The notes under the pieces were generated by a model, which had not been told where the DNA came from, made no database searches, and saw only the letters and a list, made by a program, of their open reading frames with translations. 64,000 bases of DNA from positions 58 to 64,057 of the forward strand of contig DASZRD010000005.1 in NCBI GenBank assembly GCA_035549255.1, given 5' to 3'. Position numbers and translations under genes: made by a program. Of this stretch, positions 19,565-29,919 are shown piece by piece. The DNA comes from Minisyncoccota bacterium (GTDB lineage: Bacteria; Patescibacteriota; Minisyncoccia; Phycocordibacterales; SBAW01). Each line of letters starts with the position of its first letter. Positions within the stretch are counted from its first letter, which is position 1.

Positions 19565-21073
19565 TTATGCTATTGCTTCGCGCAAGCGCTTGAGTACGAA
19601 ATCTCTGGGGAGCGCGGCGAGAAACCATCCCGCCTTCGGTCCGTGGTCTTTATTGAGGAAGATATGATAGATGGCCTTGAATTCTTTGGATTCATGCAGT
19701 TTTTTATGGATGTCCTCTGCCCCGGCCGCGGGATTGGCTTCAAGAAATACGAGCAGGTCGCGGAGAGTCTGCCTTTGCACATCGCTAAGGGCAACAGTAG
19801 GCATCGCCTCTTGCAGCTTAAAGACATATTTCTCCGGCGCGTAGGCCTCAAGCCACTTTTTAGCATACATCGCACGTTCGTCGAGTTCTGCCTTGTCCGC
19901 ATCAGGAAATTCTTTGTAGATATCCATATGCGGCATCTGCACTACGAAGGCAACCTGGGAGAAGCGCGGCAGCGACGCACCCTCGGGCAGCGCGTTCATA
20001 TGGATCGCTTCGTACAAGCGCGCGTAATCGTCTGTTTTGTCGAGCGCATAGCCTGCAGACAACTTGTCGTACAAGTCGTAGAGCACCGGAATGGTGTCGC
20101 CCTCCGGATCGAAGTTGACCTGCTGGTTGATATCCTTGCCGAGCATCATGAGGCGGAAGATTTTTGTAGGCAAAAGGTCGGCGATCTCGCGGGAACTCGA
20201 GCCCCGGCCTTTGCTTGAGGACATCTTCTTGCCACCGACCAGGAAGAATTCATACGGAATATCAAACGGCGGCTCGTAGTTGAATATTTCTTTAGAGATA
20301 TGGTTGGCAACATCGCGCGCGCCGCCCTTGGTCGAGTGGTCTTTGCCAGCGCCCTCGACCATCACGCCCTGCACCTTCCACTTCGCGGGCCATTCGACTT
20401 TCCAGGGGAGCTTGGCAGCGCCCCCGAAGGGCGAGACCCGGCCCTCGAAGCCGCAGCCCTCGGTATAGTCGACGGCGGTCTTGTAGCAATTGACCATCAC
20501 GGTCTCGCCGTCGAAGTCGTTCGCTACGGTCGTGGCGATCTTTCTGCATTGCGGACATACGACCGCGATAGGCAGCCAGCCTTCTTTCTTCGTCGAGCCG
20601 GATACCTCTTTATAGATTGCGCGGATGCGGTCGGCCCGCTCGAGCGCGTCGCGGATCACCCCGTCCATGGCGCCCGATAGATAGGCTTCGCTTCCCCAGT
20701 AGAATTCGGGCATGAAGCCGGCGTGCGCTATGGCGGATTTGAAGTCATTCGCAAAGTATTCGGCGAAGTTGGCCGCCGAAGAGTCGGGCGAGGGCACGTC
20801 GCGCAGGAGCATGCCGAGGTAAGGCGAGAACGTTTCCTCGCAGAGCATGGGAGGTACGCTGTCCATCACGTCGAAGTCGTTGAGCTCGTAGCGCCAAGTG
20901 ACAGGGGCGCCTTGCCGCTCAAGCGCATGAGCGACCGTATCGTGTATGGCGACACCGCGCATAGAGCCGATATGCACGCGGCCCGAGAGCGTCTTCTCAT
21001 CGCGTATGGCAATAGGACGGCTTTTTCCGAAGCGCTCCAGTATCTCTCCCGCTATCCTGTCTGCCCAAAACAT
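19565..21073 (-). CDS. lysS: Class I lysyl-tRNA synthetase
   Basis: MFWAD, SGRVHIGS (HIGH-like), CPQC, KLPWKVEWPAKW, GKDH, KMSSSKG. Confidence 0.94.
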   Translation of the reverse strand: MFWADRIAGEILERFGKSRPIAIRDEKTLSGRVHIGSMRGVAIHDTVAHALERQGAPVTWRYELNDFDVMDSVPPMLCEETFSPYLGMLLRDVPSPDSSAANFAEYFANDFKSAIAHAGFMPEFYWGSEAYLSGAMDGVIRDALERADRIRAIYKEVSGSTKKEGWLPIAVVCPQCRKIATTVANDFDGETVMVNCYKTAVDYTEGCGFEGRVSPFGGAAKLPWKVEWPAKWKVQGVMVEGAGKDHSTKGGARDVANHISKEIFNYEPPFDIPYEFFLVGGKKMSSSKGRGSSSREIADLLPTKIFRLMMLGKDINQQVNFDPEGDTIPVLYDLYDKLSAGYALDKTDDYARLYEAIHMNALPEGASLPRFSQVAFVVQMPHMDIYKEFPDADKAELDERAMYAKKWLEAYAPEKYVFKLQEAMPTVALSDVQRQTLRDLLVFLEANPAAGAEDIHKKLHESKEFKAIYHIFLNKDHGPKAGWFLAALPRDFVLKRLREAIA

Positions 21074-21092
21074 ATCGGGAGTATAGCAGAAA

Positions 21093-21116
21093 AACGCCCC
21101 GATCTCTCGGGGCGTT
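21093..21116 (-). terminator. greA terminator
   Basis: AACGCCCCGA-tctc-TCGGGGCGTT; T tract on minus. Confidence 0.7.
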
Positions 21117-21118
21117 CT

Positions 21119-21586
21119 TTACTCAACCTTGAGGATTTTAAACTTCTGCGTGCCTTTGGGGGTATGGAAGGAGAACTCGTCGCCCTTTTTCTTGCCCATG
21201 AGCGCGGCACCGAGCGGCGAGTGATAGGAAATCTTGCCCTCGAACATATTGGTCTCCTCGGCACCGACGATAATATAGGTGCGCTTCTCGCCGGCATCCT
21301 TGCCGGTCGGCTGCACGACGACGGTCGAACCCATGCCCACCGTGTCGGACTTCCCGCCCTCGACGATCTTGGCGTTCTTGAGCATGGCTTCAAGCTTGCC
21401 GATGCGCTCCTCTACCGCAGCCTGCATTTCGCGCGCCTCCTGGTACTCGGCATTTTCCGAGAGGTCGCCGAGGCTGCGCGCGTATTCGAGCTGCTCCGCG
21501 ATCTCCTTGCGGCGCGTGGTGCGAAGCTGTTCAAGCTCGCGAGTGAGCTCTTCGAATTTTTCCTGCGAAAGAAGTTCTGCTGGCAT
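21119..21586 (-). CDS. greA: Transcription elongation factor GreA
   Basis: GDLSENAEY, ISYHSPLGAALMG. Confidence 0.96.
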   Translation of the reverse strand: MPAELLSQEKFEELTRELEQLRTTRRKEIAEQLEYARSLGDLSENAEYQEAREMQAAVEERIGKLEAMLKNAKIVEGGKSDTVGMGSTVVVQPTGKDAGEKRTYIIVGAEETNMFEGKISYHSPLGAALMGKKKGDEFSFHTPKGTQKFKILKVE

Positions 21587-21672
21587 GGTTACATGAGGAA
21601 TTAATGCATCAAAGAAGGGTGTTGCAATTGTATAGGAACTGGCTGCCAAGTCAATCAGAGCGTATGCGCCCC

Positions 21673-23355
21673 TCAATTAAGGTAATTCGAGGCGTGCGCG
21701 TGCATCCAATCGAGAAAATTGCGCACCGCGGCGGATGCGCCGATAAGCGTGCCGGCTGGGCCCTTCTCGAGCACGACGGCATACGCATAGCGCGGATTGT
21801 CATACGGAAAGAAGCCAACCATCCAGGAATTGAGATACTGATTCTGCGTGCCGACCTGCGCCGTGCCGGTCTTCGCGGCGACGGCGACATACGGCACGTT
21901 GACCGCAGTCGCGATGCCTTCCGTTACCCCCATACGCATGCCTTCGGTAACGACCTCAATCGGATGCGCGGGAAGCGGGAGCTTGACGCCTGCCGGCGTG
22001 GAGCTTGCAATCAGGGTCGGGGTCACGAGCATGCCGCCGTTTGCCAATGAGGCGACCGCGCGCACGGCCTGAAGTGGTGTCACTTGCGTGCCGTATTGGC
22101 CGATCGCCGTATGATACGTGTCGCCGATGCGCCACGTGGGGTCGGCGGGGAAATTGACCACCTTCCACGCCGGCGTCGGGATATTCCCCGCCGCCTCGTT
22201 GAATCCTAGAAGGCCGGTGGTCGAGCCGAAGCCGAACATATGCAGATACCGGTCAATACGGTCAATGCCGAGGCCCGGCTGGTCCTCAAATCCGCCGCCA
22301 ACCTCGTAGAAATACACGTCGGATGATACGGCGATCGCCTGCTCAACATCGACCCACCCGTTGGGCCGCCAGTCTTTAAATATACTCGGATGCGCGGGAT
22401 CGTACGGGTTGGGGAGGCTGATCGAGCCGGTCGAAAGGATCTGCTTCGTCTCATCGATCACGCCCTCATTGAGCGCGGCAACGCCCATGAAGGGCTTCAC
22501 GATGGAGCCGGGCGCATAGAGGCCGCTGGTCGCGCGGTTAAGGAAGGGCTGGTGCGGGTCGGTATTGAGCGCGGCAATGGCGGCCTGATCGCCGTCCGAG
22601 AGCGCCTGCGAGGAATACTCGGGGTAGCTCGTCATCGCCAGGAGCTCGCCCGTCTGTACGTCCATGATGACGCCCGCGCCGCCCTGGAAGTCGGATTGTT
22701 GCGCTACAGCAGCGATCGAGTCGTAGAGCGCCTGGTTCACATTGGCATCGATCGAAAGCGTGAGCTTCTCGCCCGACACGGGCGCCACTTTGACGCTCTG
22801 CGACACGACTGCGCCCTTGGCGTCCGTCTCGGTGAGCGTGGTGCCGTTCTCCCCGGAGAGCTGGTCGTTGTACGCCTTCTCGACGCCGTCGATGCCTTCG
22901 AACGAGGTGCGGAAGTAAAAGCCCGAGGAGTCCTTCGCCGGAGGCTTGATATAGCCCACGACATGCGATATCCCGCGGAATGTCGCATACACGCGGCTTG
23001 CGAAATCATCCGTAACCGACCCGCGCTCGTTGTACGCGAGCGGCGTCCCATTGCGGTCGGTGATGACGCCGCGGTCGGCGAAGAGCACGCGCTCGGAGAG
23101 CTGGTTCTCTGCGGCCTGTTTGGCATACGCAGTGCCTTGTATGAACTGGAGATCCCATGCGCGGCCGGCATACAGCACCATCAGAACGGCGAGAATAGCC
23201 GCGGCGAGCATGAGCGATTGGCGCCCGATGGGCTGCTCGATGCGGCCCTCGAGCTGGTCGGAATCGAACTCGGGGATATTGGAGGAATCGATGAAGATTT
23301 CGTCAGGCGCTATCTCGACTGAGCGCTTTCTCCTCCTCCATCGATAGCCCGGCAT
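21673..23355 (-). CDS. mrdA: Penicillin-binding protein 2
   Basis: SIVK, SSDVYFY, KTGTAQ; follows mreBCD. Confidence 0.88.
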   Translation of the reverse strand: MPGYRWRRRKRSVEIAPDEIFIDSSNIPEFDSDQLEGRIEQPIGRQSLMLAAAILAVLMVLYAGRAWDLQFIQGTAYAKQAAENQLSERVLFADRGVITDRNGTPLAYNERGSVTDDFASRVYATFRGISHVVGYIKPPAKDSSGFYFRTSFEGIDGVEKAYNDQLSGENGTTLTETDAKGAVVSQSVKVAPVSGEKLTLSIDANVNQALYDSIAAVAQQSDFQGGAGVIMDVQTGELLAMTSYPEYSSQALSDGDQAAIAALNTDPHQPFLNRATSGLYAPGSIVKPFMGVAALNEGVIDETKQILSTGSISLPNPYDPAHPSIFKDWRPNGWVDVEQAIAVSSDVYFYEVGGGFEDQPGLGIDRIDRYLHMFGFGSTTGLLGFNEAAGNIPTPAWKVVNFPADPTWRIGDTYHTAIGQYGTQVTPLQAVRAVASLANGGMLVTPTLIASSTPAGVKLPLPAHPIEVVTEGMRMGVTEGIATAVNVPYVAVAAKTGTAQVGTQNQYLNSWMVGFFPYDNPRYAYAVVLEKGPAGTLIGASAAVRNFLDWMHAHASNYLN

Positions 23356-23374
23356 GAGGGCTAGTGTAGCATAT

Positions 23375-23665
23375 TCAGATGTGGTCGCTCGATGAAGCGT
23401 CCATGAAATACCGCTTCCCCACTTCACGCACGACGATGCTTGCAAGCGCAACGATCGTAAATGGGAACACGAGGATATGAAGCGTGCCGATCGGCGCCCC
23501 GTAGGCCAGGTCGAGCAGGAGTCCGAGCGTGATCGCCCACAGCGGATACCCCAAGAGCGCCATGACGGCGATGCCCAGCACGGTCAGCGGCCAGAACGGG
23601 ATAAGGAACCCGGCGGCTGCGATAAGAAACGCGATCGCGATAATGGCGTAGGAGTTCTTTCTCAT
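23375..23665 (-). CDS. Short MreD-like membrane protein
   Basis: Hydrophobic, GLLLDL motif, between mreC and mrdA. Confidence 0.6.
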   Translation of the reverse strand: MRKNSYAIIAIAFLIAAAGFLIPFWPLTVLGIAVMALLGYPLWAITLGLLLDLAYGAPIGTLHILVFPFTIVALASIVVREVGKRYFMDASSSDHI

Positions 23666-23671
23666 TCTCGA

Positions 23672-24487
23672 TTAGTGCGCAGGATGCTCGAGCTCGACGT
23701 ACTGCAGGGTAAACGGGTTGACCGGCAACTGGAGATAAACCGTGGTGAAAGATTGTGCGGCGTTGTTCTCGGTCGCGGTGACCCTCGCCACTAATTCTAC
23801 CCCGAGGCCCGGGAGGGTGACGCTGTCGCCGATCGAGACCGGCGTGCTGGCGGGCACCTCGCCCGAGAGGCTTCCCGCGCCCTGCCCGGCGACCGAGACC
23901 GGCGTCGCGGCATTGCCCGGCGTATGCGTAAGGACGGCCTCGAAGGTTTCTCCGGGAGCCGAATAGAGCGTGGCGCGCGACGTCGTGGGATAGACTTCGG
24001 TGACGCGGCCGATGTATACCGAGCCGCCCGCCGCGACCAGGTCGCCCTGCATGACGCCCTGCTCGCTGCCCGCATCGAGCAGGAGCGTATCGTAGGCGCT
24101 CACGGGCGGGCTCATAAGCACCGCCGCAAGCGTGCGGGGCCGCGACTCGTCGCGGCCGAGGCGCGCCTGCAAGTCCTCTACTTGGGCATAGAGCAGATCG
24201 CGGTCCTGAAGCGCTATCGTGGTCGAAGCGAGCTCGGCGCGCAGCGCCGAATTTTCGGCCGCAAGGGATTGGTTGGACAAAAAGTTTGAGAACAGGATCC
24301 CGCTTGAGGCTGCAAAGGCGTTGCGCGCAGTCATAAGCGGCGCGCCCGCGCGCCATACCGTTCCGGCAAGCGGTCCGCGCAGGATAAAAGCAAGCATGAG
24401 AACAAGGCCGACGCCGGCAGCCCACGATATGGCGCGCAGGCGGGCGCTTTGGGAGCGGTACCGGCGGTTAGGCGAGATCGTCGTCAT
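23672..24487 (-). CDS. mreC: Rod shape protein MreC
   Basis: TM, coiled coil, YDTLLLDAGSEQGV, IGRVTEV. Confidence 0.88.
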   Translation of the reverse strand: MTTISPNRRYRSQSARLRAISWAAGVGLVLMLAFILRGPLAGTVWRAGAPLMTARNAFAASSGILFSNFLSNQSLAAENSALRAELASTTIALQDRDLLYAQVEDLQARLGRDESRPRTLAAVLMSPPVSAYDTLLLDAGSEQGVMQGDLVAAGGSVYIGRVTEVYPTTSRATLYSAPGETFEAVLTHTPGNAATPVSVAGQGAGSLSGEVPASTPVSIGDSVTLPGLGVELVARVTATENNAAQSFTTVYLQLPVNPFTLQYVELEHPAH

Positions 24488-25538
24488 GCTCGAGGAAGAT
24501 GTCCTGATACTTGTCCATGTGTTCAAGGATGACGCCGGTACCGCGCGCCACCGCCGTAAGCGGGTCGTCGGCGACAAGGATAGGGACCTTGAGCCACTCG
24601 GAAAGCAGCATATCGAGACCCTTAATGAGCGCGCCCCCGCCCACGAGCACGATGCCCGAGCGCATCACGTCGGAAAGTATCTCGGGCGGCGTGGTCTCGA
24701 GCACTTCGCGGATCGACTCAATGAGCGTATCGACGGATTGCGAGACCGCCTCCCGCACATCAGAGTCAGTAATGACGATTTCTCGCGGCAGGCCCGTGAT
24801 GAGGTCGCGGCCGCGCACGGCAGCCTCGAGATGTCCGCCGCCCTGGCCCGGCAAGCCCTCCACGACGGAGCCGATCGCCATCTTCACCTGCTCCGCGGAC
24901 TTCTCGCCGATCAGTATCTTAAATTCGCTGCGCACGTGCGCGATGATGTCCTGGTCGAGCTTGTCGCCGGCGATGCGTAGATTCTTGGCGCGCACGAGGC
25001 CGCCAAGGCTGAGGACGGCGATATCCGCGGTGCCGCCGCCGATGTCGACAAGCATCGAGCCCATCGCGTCCTCGATCGGCAGCCGGATCCCGAGCGCCGC
25101 GGCCATCGGCTCCTCAACGATATGCACCTCGCGGGCGCCCGCGTTGTGCGCCGCGTCCTTGACCGCGCGGATCTCCACGTTGGTGATGCCGGACGGCACG
25201 CCGATCACGACGCGCGGCCCGAGCAGTTTTTTGGAATACGTTTGCGCGCGGGAAATAAGATACGCGAGCATCTCCTCGGTCGCCTCGAAGTCCGACACCA
25301 CGCCGCCCACGAGCGGCTTCACCGCAATAAGATGCCCCGGCGTGCGGCCGAGCATCGCCTTGGCCGCAGCGCCGACCGCGACCACCTGGCCGGTCTTCTG
25401 ATTGACCGCCACCACCGACGGCTCGTTGACGACGATCCCCTTGCCGCGCAGGTACACGAGCGTATTGGCGGTACCAAGATCGATACCGATATCGTTGGAG
25501 AGATAGGAATTGACGCGTTCGCGGAGTTTTTTAAACAT
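24468..25538 (-). CDS. mreB: Rod shape protein MreB
   Basis: GIDLGTANT, EEPMAAA, DIGGGT, GGGALI. Confidence 0.96.
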   Translation of the reverse strand: MFKKLRERVNSYLSNDIGIDLGTANTLVYLRGKGIVVNEPSVVAVNQKTGQVVAVGAAAKAMLGRTPGHLIAVKPLVGGVVSDFEATEEMLAYLISRAQTYSKKLLGPRVVIGVPSGITNVEIRAVKDAAHNAGAREVHIVEEPMAAALGIRLPIEDAMGSMLVDIGGGTADIAVLSLGGLVRAKNLRIAGDKLDQDIIAHVRSEFKILIGEKSAEQVKMAIGSVVEGLPGQGGGHLEAAVRGRDLITGLPREIVITDSDVREAVSQSVDTLIESIREVLETTPPEILSDVMRSGIVLVGGGALIKGLDMLLSEWLKVPILVADDPLTAVARGTGVILEHMDKYQDIFLEHDDDLA

Positions 25539-26802
25539 GATTAAGCGATTCTCGAAGTTCAGCCGTGGTCAGATGGTCAGTTGTTCCGCTCGCACGATCA
25601 ACACATTCAAACTTTCCCGCTTCAAGTGCCTTTGCCGACACTACCACGCGCGTGGGGATGCCAATGAGGTCAGAGTCGGCGAATTTCTCTCCCGCGCGCA
25701 AGTCGCGGTCGTCCCAGAGCACTTCAATGCCCGCTTTCGTGAGCTCATCGTACATACTTTGAGCTGTGCGCTTCACGTCCTCGTTGTCGTTCGCAAGATC
25801 TACCAGATGCACCTGGAACGGCGCCACCTCTTTGGGCCATACGATACCCTTCTCGTCAGCAAACTTCTCGACCAGTATGCCCATGAGGCGCGAGGGGCCG
25901 ATACCGTAGCAGCCCATGTATACGAGCTGCTGCACGCCTGCCTCATCTATGTAGGTATAGTTGAAGGCCTTGCTGAACTTGGTATTGAGCGGGAAAATGT
26001 TGCCGACTTCGCAGGCCTTCACCTGCTCGAGCTTGTCGAAATCGACACCAAGCTTCTTCGCATTTTCTTCCGTCACGACCTCCTTGTTGTACGCGATATT
26101 GTTCGCGCGGTCGAGATAAATCATGTCTTCCCCGCTTTCGACGAGCGTCTGGAACTCGTGGCTGAAACCGGTCGTGAAGTCACCGCCCGAAGCGAGCGTG
26201 ATGAATGTGTCCGCGCCGATCCCCAGCGCGTCGAAGACCGCCTTATAGCTCATCTTCGCCTTCTCGTAGTAGTCGAGGAGATCCTTCTCATCGCGATGAA
26301 AGCTGTAGAGGTCCTTCATGCGGAACTCGCGCCCGCGCAGGAGCCCCGACTTGGCACGCGCCTCGTTGCGGAACTTGGTTTGGATCTGATAGTACGCCGC
26401 CGGCAAGTCTTTGTATGACGGCAGATTTTCTTGCGCGATCGGCGTCACGATTTCTTCGTGCGTCGGGTTGAGCACGTACGACGCGTCATTCTTGGCGAGC
26501 GAGAGCTCGTTGGCGCCAACCGTGCGCATGAGCGAGTCGACCTTATCGAGGCGGCCGGCCTGCTTCCATACTTCTTGCGACGCGAGCGAGGACATGAGGA
26601 TCTCGCGGCCGATTTTGTCCATCTCTTTGCGAATGATTGCCTCGATCTTGCCGAGCGTGCGCAGGCCCAGCGGTAGGTAGGAGTAGACGCCGGCCATCTC
26701 CTTGTGGATGTAGCCCGCGCGGATGAGGAGCTGCGCGTTCTTCGCGACCTCGTCTTTGGGCGCCTCGCGGCGCGTCTTCGTAAAGAGTTGAGATTGCCTC
26801 AT
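25531..26802 (-). CDS. proS: Prolyl-tRNA synthetase (short form, no INS editing domain)
   Basis: PTHEE, QIQTKFRNEAR, LRGREFRMKDLYSF, MGCYGIG, GEKFADSDLIGIP; 423 aa. Confidence 0.95.
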   Translation of the reverse strand: MRQSQLFTKTRREAPKDEVAKNAQLLIRAGYIHKEMAGVYSYLPLGLRTLGKIEAIIRKEMDKIGREILMSSLASQEVWKQAGRLDKVDSLMRTVGANELSLAKNDASYVLNPTHEEIVTPIAQENLPSYKDLPAAYYQIQTKFRNEARAKSGLLRGREFRMKDLYSFHRDEKDLLDYYEKAKMSYKAVFDALGIGADTFITLASGGDFTTGFSHEFQTLVESGEDMIYLDRANNIAYNKEVVTEENAKKLGVDFDKLEQVKACEVGNIFPLNTKFSKAFNYTYIDEAGVQQLVYMGCYGIGPSRLMGILVEKFADEKGIVWPKEVAPFQVHLVDLANDNEDVKRTAQSMYDELTKAGIEVLWDDRDLRAGEKFADSDLIGIPTRVVVSAKALEAGKFECVDRASGTTDHLTTAELRESLNHV

Positions 26803-26870
26803 ATGCCCGCCATTGTACGGCGAAATACCGCCGGAGGCAAAAGGCCGTTACCGCATAAGCCCAAAACAAC

Positions 26871-27971
26871 CTAGCCTATGAGCCGCAGCACGTCGTGGTA
26901 GGAGACGACGAGCATGAGGATGATGAGGGCGGCCATGCCGCCTATGGTGATGATATTGGTGATGCGCGGGTTGATGGTGCGTCGGATAATTCCTTCGATA
27001 AGGATAATGAAGAGACGGCCGCCGTCGAGGCCCGGTATCGGGAGCAGGTTGATGATCGCGAGGTTGATCGAAATGAGCGCCGTAAGCACGACGACGTCCG
27101 AGAAGCCCTGGCTCACCGCCTGCGAGCCGATCGAGGCGATACCGATCGGCCCCGCTACGCTTCCAAAGTCGGCAGCGCCGCGGATGATCTGCCAAAAGAA
27201 GGTCCCGAGGCCCTCTGCGGTCGAGACCGTCATGCCGTAGGTAAGTATCGCGCCTTGCGCGAGCGCGAGCGGTGGCGAGAGCTTGAGCACGCCGACATCG
27301 TCGAGCTCGACGCCGATCGCCATCTTGCCCTCGACCAATCCTGAAACTGGCTTCGCCAGGAATGTTTTCTCTTCCCCATCGCGCAAAATCGTAAGGATTA
27401 CGCTCTGCGAGCCGTGGTCGGCGATGAAATTGCGCACAACTTGCGCCTGCATGTTGGTGTTGAGCGTGCGGACATCAAGCGATGCATCGGATGTCTGCGC
27501 CTTTTCAATGACATCCTGCGGCGCAAGGCCGGCGGATTGCGCCGGAGAATTGGGCAGCACGGCGGTTACCATCACCTGGCTATTGGTCACGGTGCCGAAG
27601 CCTTCATGGTCGACGCTGGTCGGCAGCCCCGCCATGTAGCCCACCGAGAGCGCCAACCACGCGAAGAGTATATTCATGCAGATGCCCGCGACAATCACGG
27701 CCGCTTGGATCCAGCGCGATTTGCTTGCGAAGCTGCGCGGGTTGCCTTTCCCTTCTGCGGCATCCTCGCCGAAGATCTTCACGAACCCGCCGAAAAAGAG
27801 CAGATTTATAGAGTAAACCGTCTCGCCTTTCCTTATATATAAGAGGCGCGGCGGGAAGCCGATGCCGAACTCTTCGACCTTGATACCGAAGAATTTGGCG
27901 ACCGAGAAGTGCCCCAACTCATGCACCAAGATGAGTGCGGCGAGTATGAGAATAAAAATAACAAGCGACAT
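26871..27971 (-). CDS. rseP: RseP-like M50 site-2 protease with PDZ domain
   Basis: HELGH, NLLPIPGLDGG. Confidence 0.93.
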   Translation of the reverse strand: MSLVIFILILAALILVHELGHFSVAKFFGIKVEEFGIGFPPRLLYIRKGETVYSINLLFFGGFVKIFGEDAAEGKGNPRSFASKSRWIQAAVIVAGICMNILFAWLALSVGYMAGLPTSVDHEGFGTVTNSQVMVTAVLPNSPAQSAGLAPQDVIEKAQTSDASLDVRTLNTNMQAQVVRNFIADHGSQSVILTILRDGEEKTFLAKPVSGLVEGKMAIGVELDDVGVLKLSPPLALAQGAILTYGMTVSTAEGLGTFFWQIIRGAADFGSVAGPIGIASIGSQAVSQGFSDVVVLTALISINLAIINLLPIPGLDGGRLFIILIEGIIRRTINPRITNIITIGGMAALIILMLVVSYHDVLRLIG

Positions 27972-27974
27972 GGG

Positions 27975-28526
27975 CTAGCCGGCGATCTCCTTCTCCTTGC
28001 GCTCTAGCGCCTCATCGAACTTCTTATTGGCGGCATCGACGCGCTTCTGCATGTCGTCCTTGGCGCGGAATTTGTCGTCCTCCGCCATCTTCTTGTCCTT
28101 CTCCTGCTTTTGGATATCGTTCCAGACGTCATCACGCAGCTTGCGCAGGCTTGTGCGGCCTTCTTCGACCTTTTCCTTCGCAAGCTTTACCAATTGCACC
28201 CGGCGTTCGCTCGTAAGCTCGGGGAACGAGACCCGTACGCCGCGCTCGTCCATGCCGACCGAGAGGCCAAGGTTGGCGACAGTGATCGCCTTCTCGATCT
28301 CCTTCGCCTGGCTCATATCCCAGGGAGTAATGCGCAGCGTGCGCGCGTCCTCGACCGAAATATTGGCGACCTGGCTCACCCCCATGCGCGTGCCGTAACT
28401 CTCGACTGTTATGCCGTCGAGTATGGCCGGCGCTGCGCGGCCCGTACGCACGCCCGCAAGTTCTTTACTCACACGGTCCTGAAGCTCGGTAATCTTTTTC
28501 TCGAAAGGTTTGAAGTCGTATGCCAT
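27975..28526 (-). CDS. frr: Ribosome recycling factor
   Basis: VRTGRA, PELTSERR, KEKEI. Confidence 0.96.
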   Translation of the reverse strand: MAYDFKPFEKKITELQDRVSKELAGVRTGRAAPAILDGITVESYGTRMGVSQVANISVEDARTLRITPWDMSQAKEIEKAITVANLGLSVGMDERGVRVSFPELTSERRVQLVKLAKEKVEEGRTSLRKLRDDVWNDIQKQEKDKKMAEDDKFRAKDDMQKRVDAANKKFDEALERKEKEIAG

Positions 28527-28541
28527 AGCCCTCTTACTATA

Positions 28542-29204
28542 TCAAACCCGGAACTTTTTTGCCGCGGGCGGATAGATCTTCACGAGCGGGTCCTTGGAGA
28601 GGTCGTAGGGCCGCGCGGGTGCGAGGTACCGGCCATAGTGAATGACGCGATGCGTAAATAAGCGCCACTCACTTGCCGGAACGATAGCCATGAGGTCGCG
28701 CTCGATGTGTACGGCGTCGCGATAGTCCGACAGGTCGAAGCGCGCGACGAAGCGTATGACATGCGTGTCGACCGTGATACCAGGGGTAATCCCATAGATA
28801 TCGGCAAGGACCACGTTGGCGGTCTTGCGGCCGACGCCCGGGATCGATGTCATCTCCTCCATCGTTTTTGGCAGTTTGCCGCCGAACTCTTTCTTCACGA
28901 ACTTCGCCGCGGCAACGATATTGCGCGCTTTGTTGTGGTAGTAGGTTACCGAACTGATATCTTTCTCGAATTTGCGCGGATCGGCCTTGGCGTAATCATC
29001 GATAGTTTTGTATTTCTTGAAGAGTTCTTTCGTAACAATGTTTACCCGCTTGTCGGTGCACTGCGCCGAAAGCTGCACCGCCACCATGAACTGCCATGGC
29101 GTCTTGTAGACGAGCTCGGTGCCGACACTAGGGAAAAGCTTCGTAAGAGCCCTATCAAGCTTAAGGAATCGTTTTCTGCGCTCGTCCAATTTTGCGGGGG
29201 TCAT
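28542..29204 (-). CDS. nth: Endonuclease III family glycosylase (C-terminal 4Fe-4S cysteines absent)
   Basis: LSAQCTDKRVN, IPGVGRKTANVV, VDTHV; C-terminus reads HYGRYLAPARP with no Cys cluster. Confidence 0.9.
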   Translation of the reverse strand: MTPAKLDERRKRFLKLDRALTKLFPSVGTELVYKTPWQFMVAVQLSAQCTDKRVNIVTKELFKKYKTIDDYAKADPRKFEKDISSVTYYHNKARNIVAAAKFVKKEFGGKLPKTMEEMTSIPGVGRKTANVVLADIYGITPGITVDTHVIRFVARFDLSDYRDAVHIERDLMAIVPASEWRLFTHRVIHYGRYLAPARPYDLSKDPLVKIYPPAAKKFRV

Positions 29205-29890
29205 GGCAGCGTCGGTAGCGAGAGGGCTAGGTGTTCGAGGAGCATCTTCATCGCGGGCGCGCGGTCATTGGTATAACTTCTGACTTTCACGATGTCCTCG
29301 AGGCCTTCTCTGATCTTTGCATCCCCTTTTGATGTTATCAGCGCCGCGTGCAGCTTGACTTCAAGGCCGTTTAAAAATTCCCGTACGCGTTCTTTGACAC
29401 CTTCATCATCTTTAAGAAGCTTGGTGATCTCGTCCGTGCGAGCTTTTTGAGATCCGGAAAGGAAATGCTGAGCAAAATGGTCTGGTTGAGCCGACCCAGA
29501 CGGCGACCCGAGGACCTTTTGTGAGGCATTTCCTTTCCGGATCTCCGGATACGGCAAAAATCTTGAGCGCAATGTGGCGATAACGACTCCCGGAGGAGTG
29601 AGCAGCACGAACATCGTGCCCGCCCGCGGCTCTTCAAAAAGCTTCAGTAACGCTTGCTGTGCCTCGGTAGTCATTGACGAAACGCCGATAATAAAGAGCC
29701 GGCGCCCCGAGAGGCCGCTAAGCTGAGCGGACACAGCAAGATCCCGCGCCTCCTCGATGCCGAACTTCTCAATTTCAACCAGCTCGACATCCGGGTCGGC
29801 AGGGTCGGCAAAAGAGAACCGCGCCCGCGCATCATCGGCAAGCGCGCCAAACCCCGAGAGTGCCCCCTCATATATATATGCGTGGTGCAT
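29201..29890 (-). CDS. holB: Truncated DNA polymerase III delta-prime-like protein
   Basis: HHAYIY, EAQQALLKLFEEP, TLRSR. Confidence 0.75.
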   Translation of the reverse strand: MHHAYIYEGALSGFGALADDARARFSFADPADPDVELVEIEKFGIEEARDLAVSAQLSGLSGRRLFIIGVSSMTTEAQQALLKLFEEPRAGTMFVLLTPPGVVIATLRSRFLPYPEIRKGNASQKVLGSPSGSAQPDHFAQHFLSGSQKARTDEITKLLKDDEGVKERVREFLNGLEVKLHAALITSKGDAKIREGLEDIVKVRSYTNDRAPAMKMLLEHLALSLPTLP

Positions 29891-29919
29891 GATTATGTTC
29901 TGTGCGAACCTCTCTGGCC

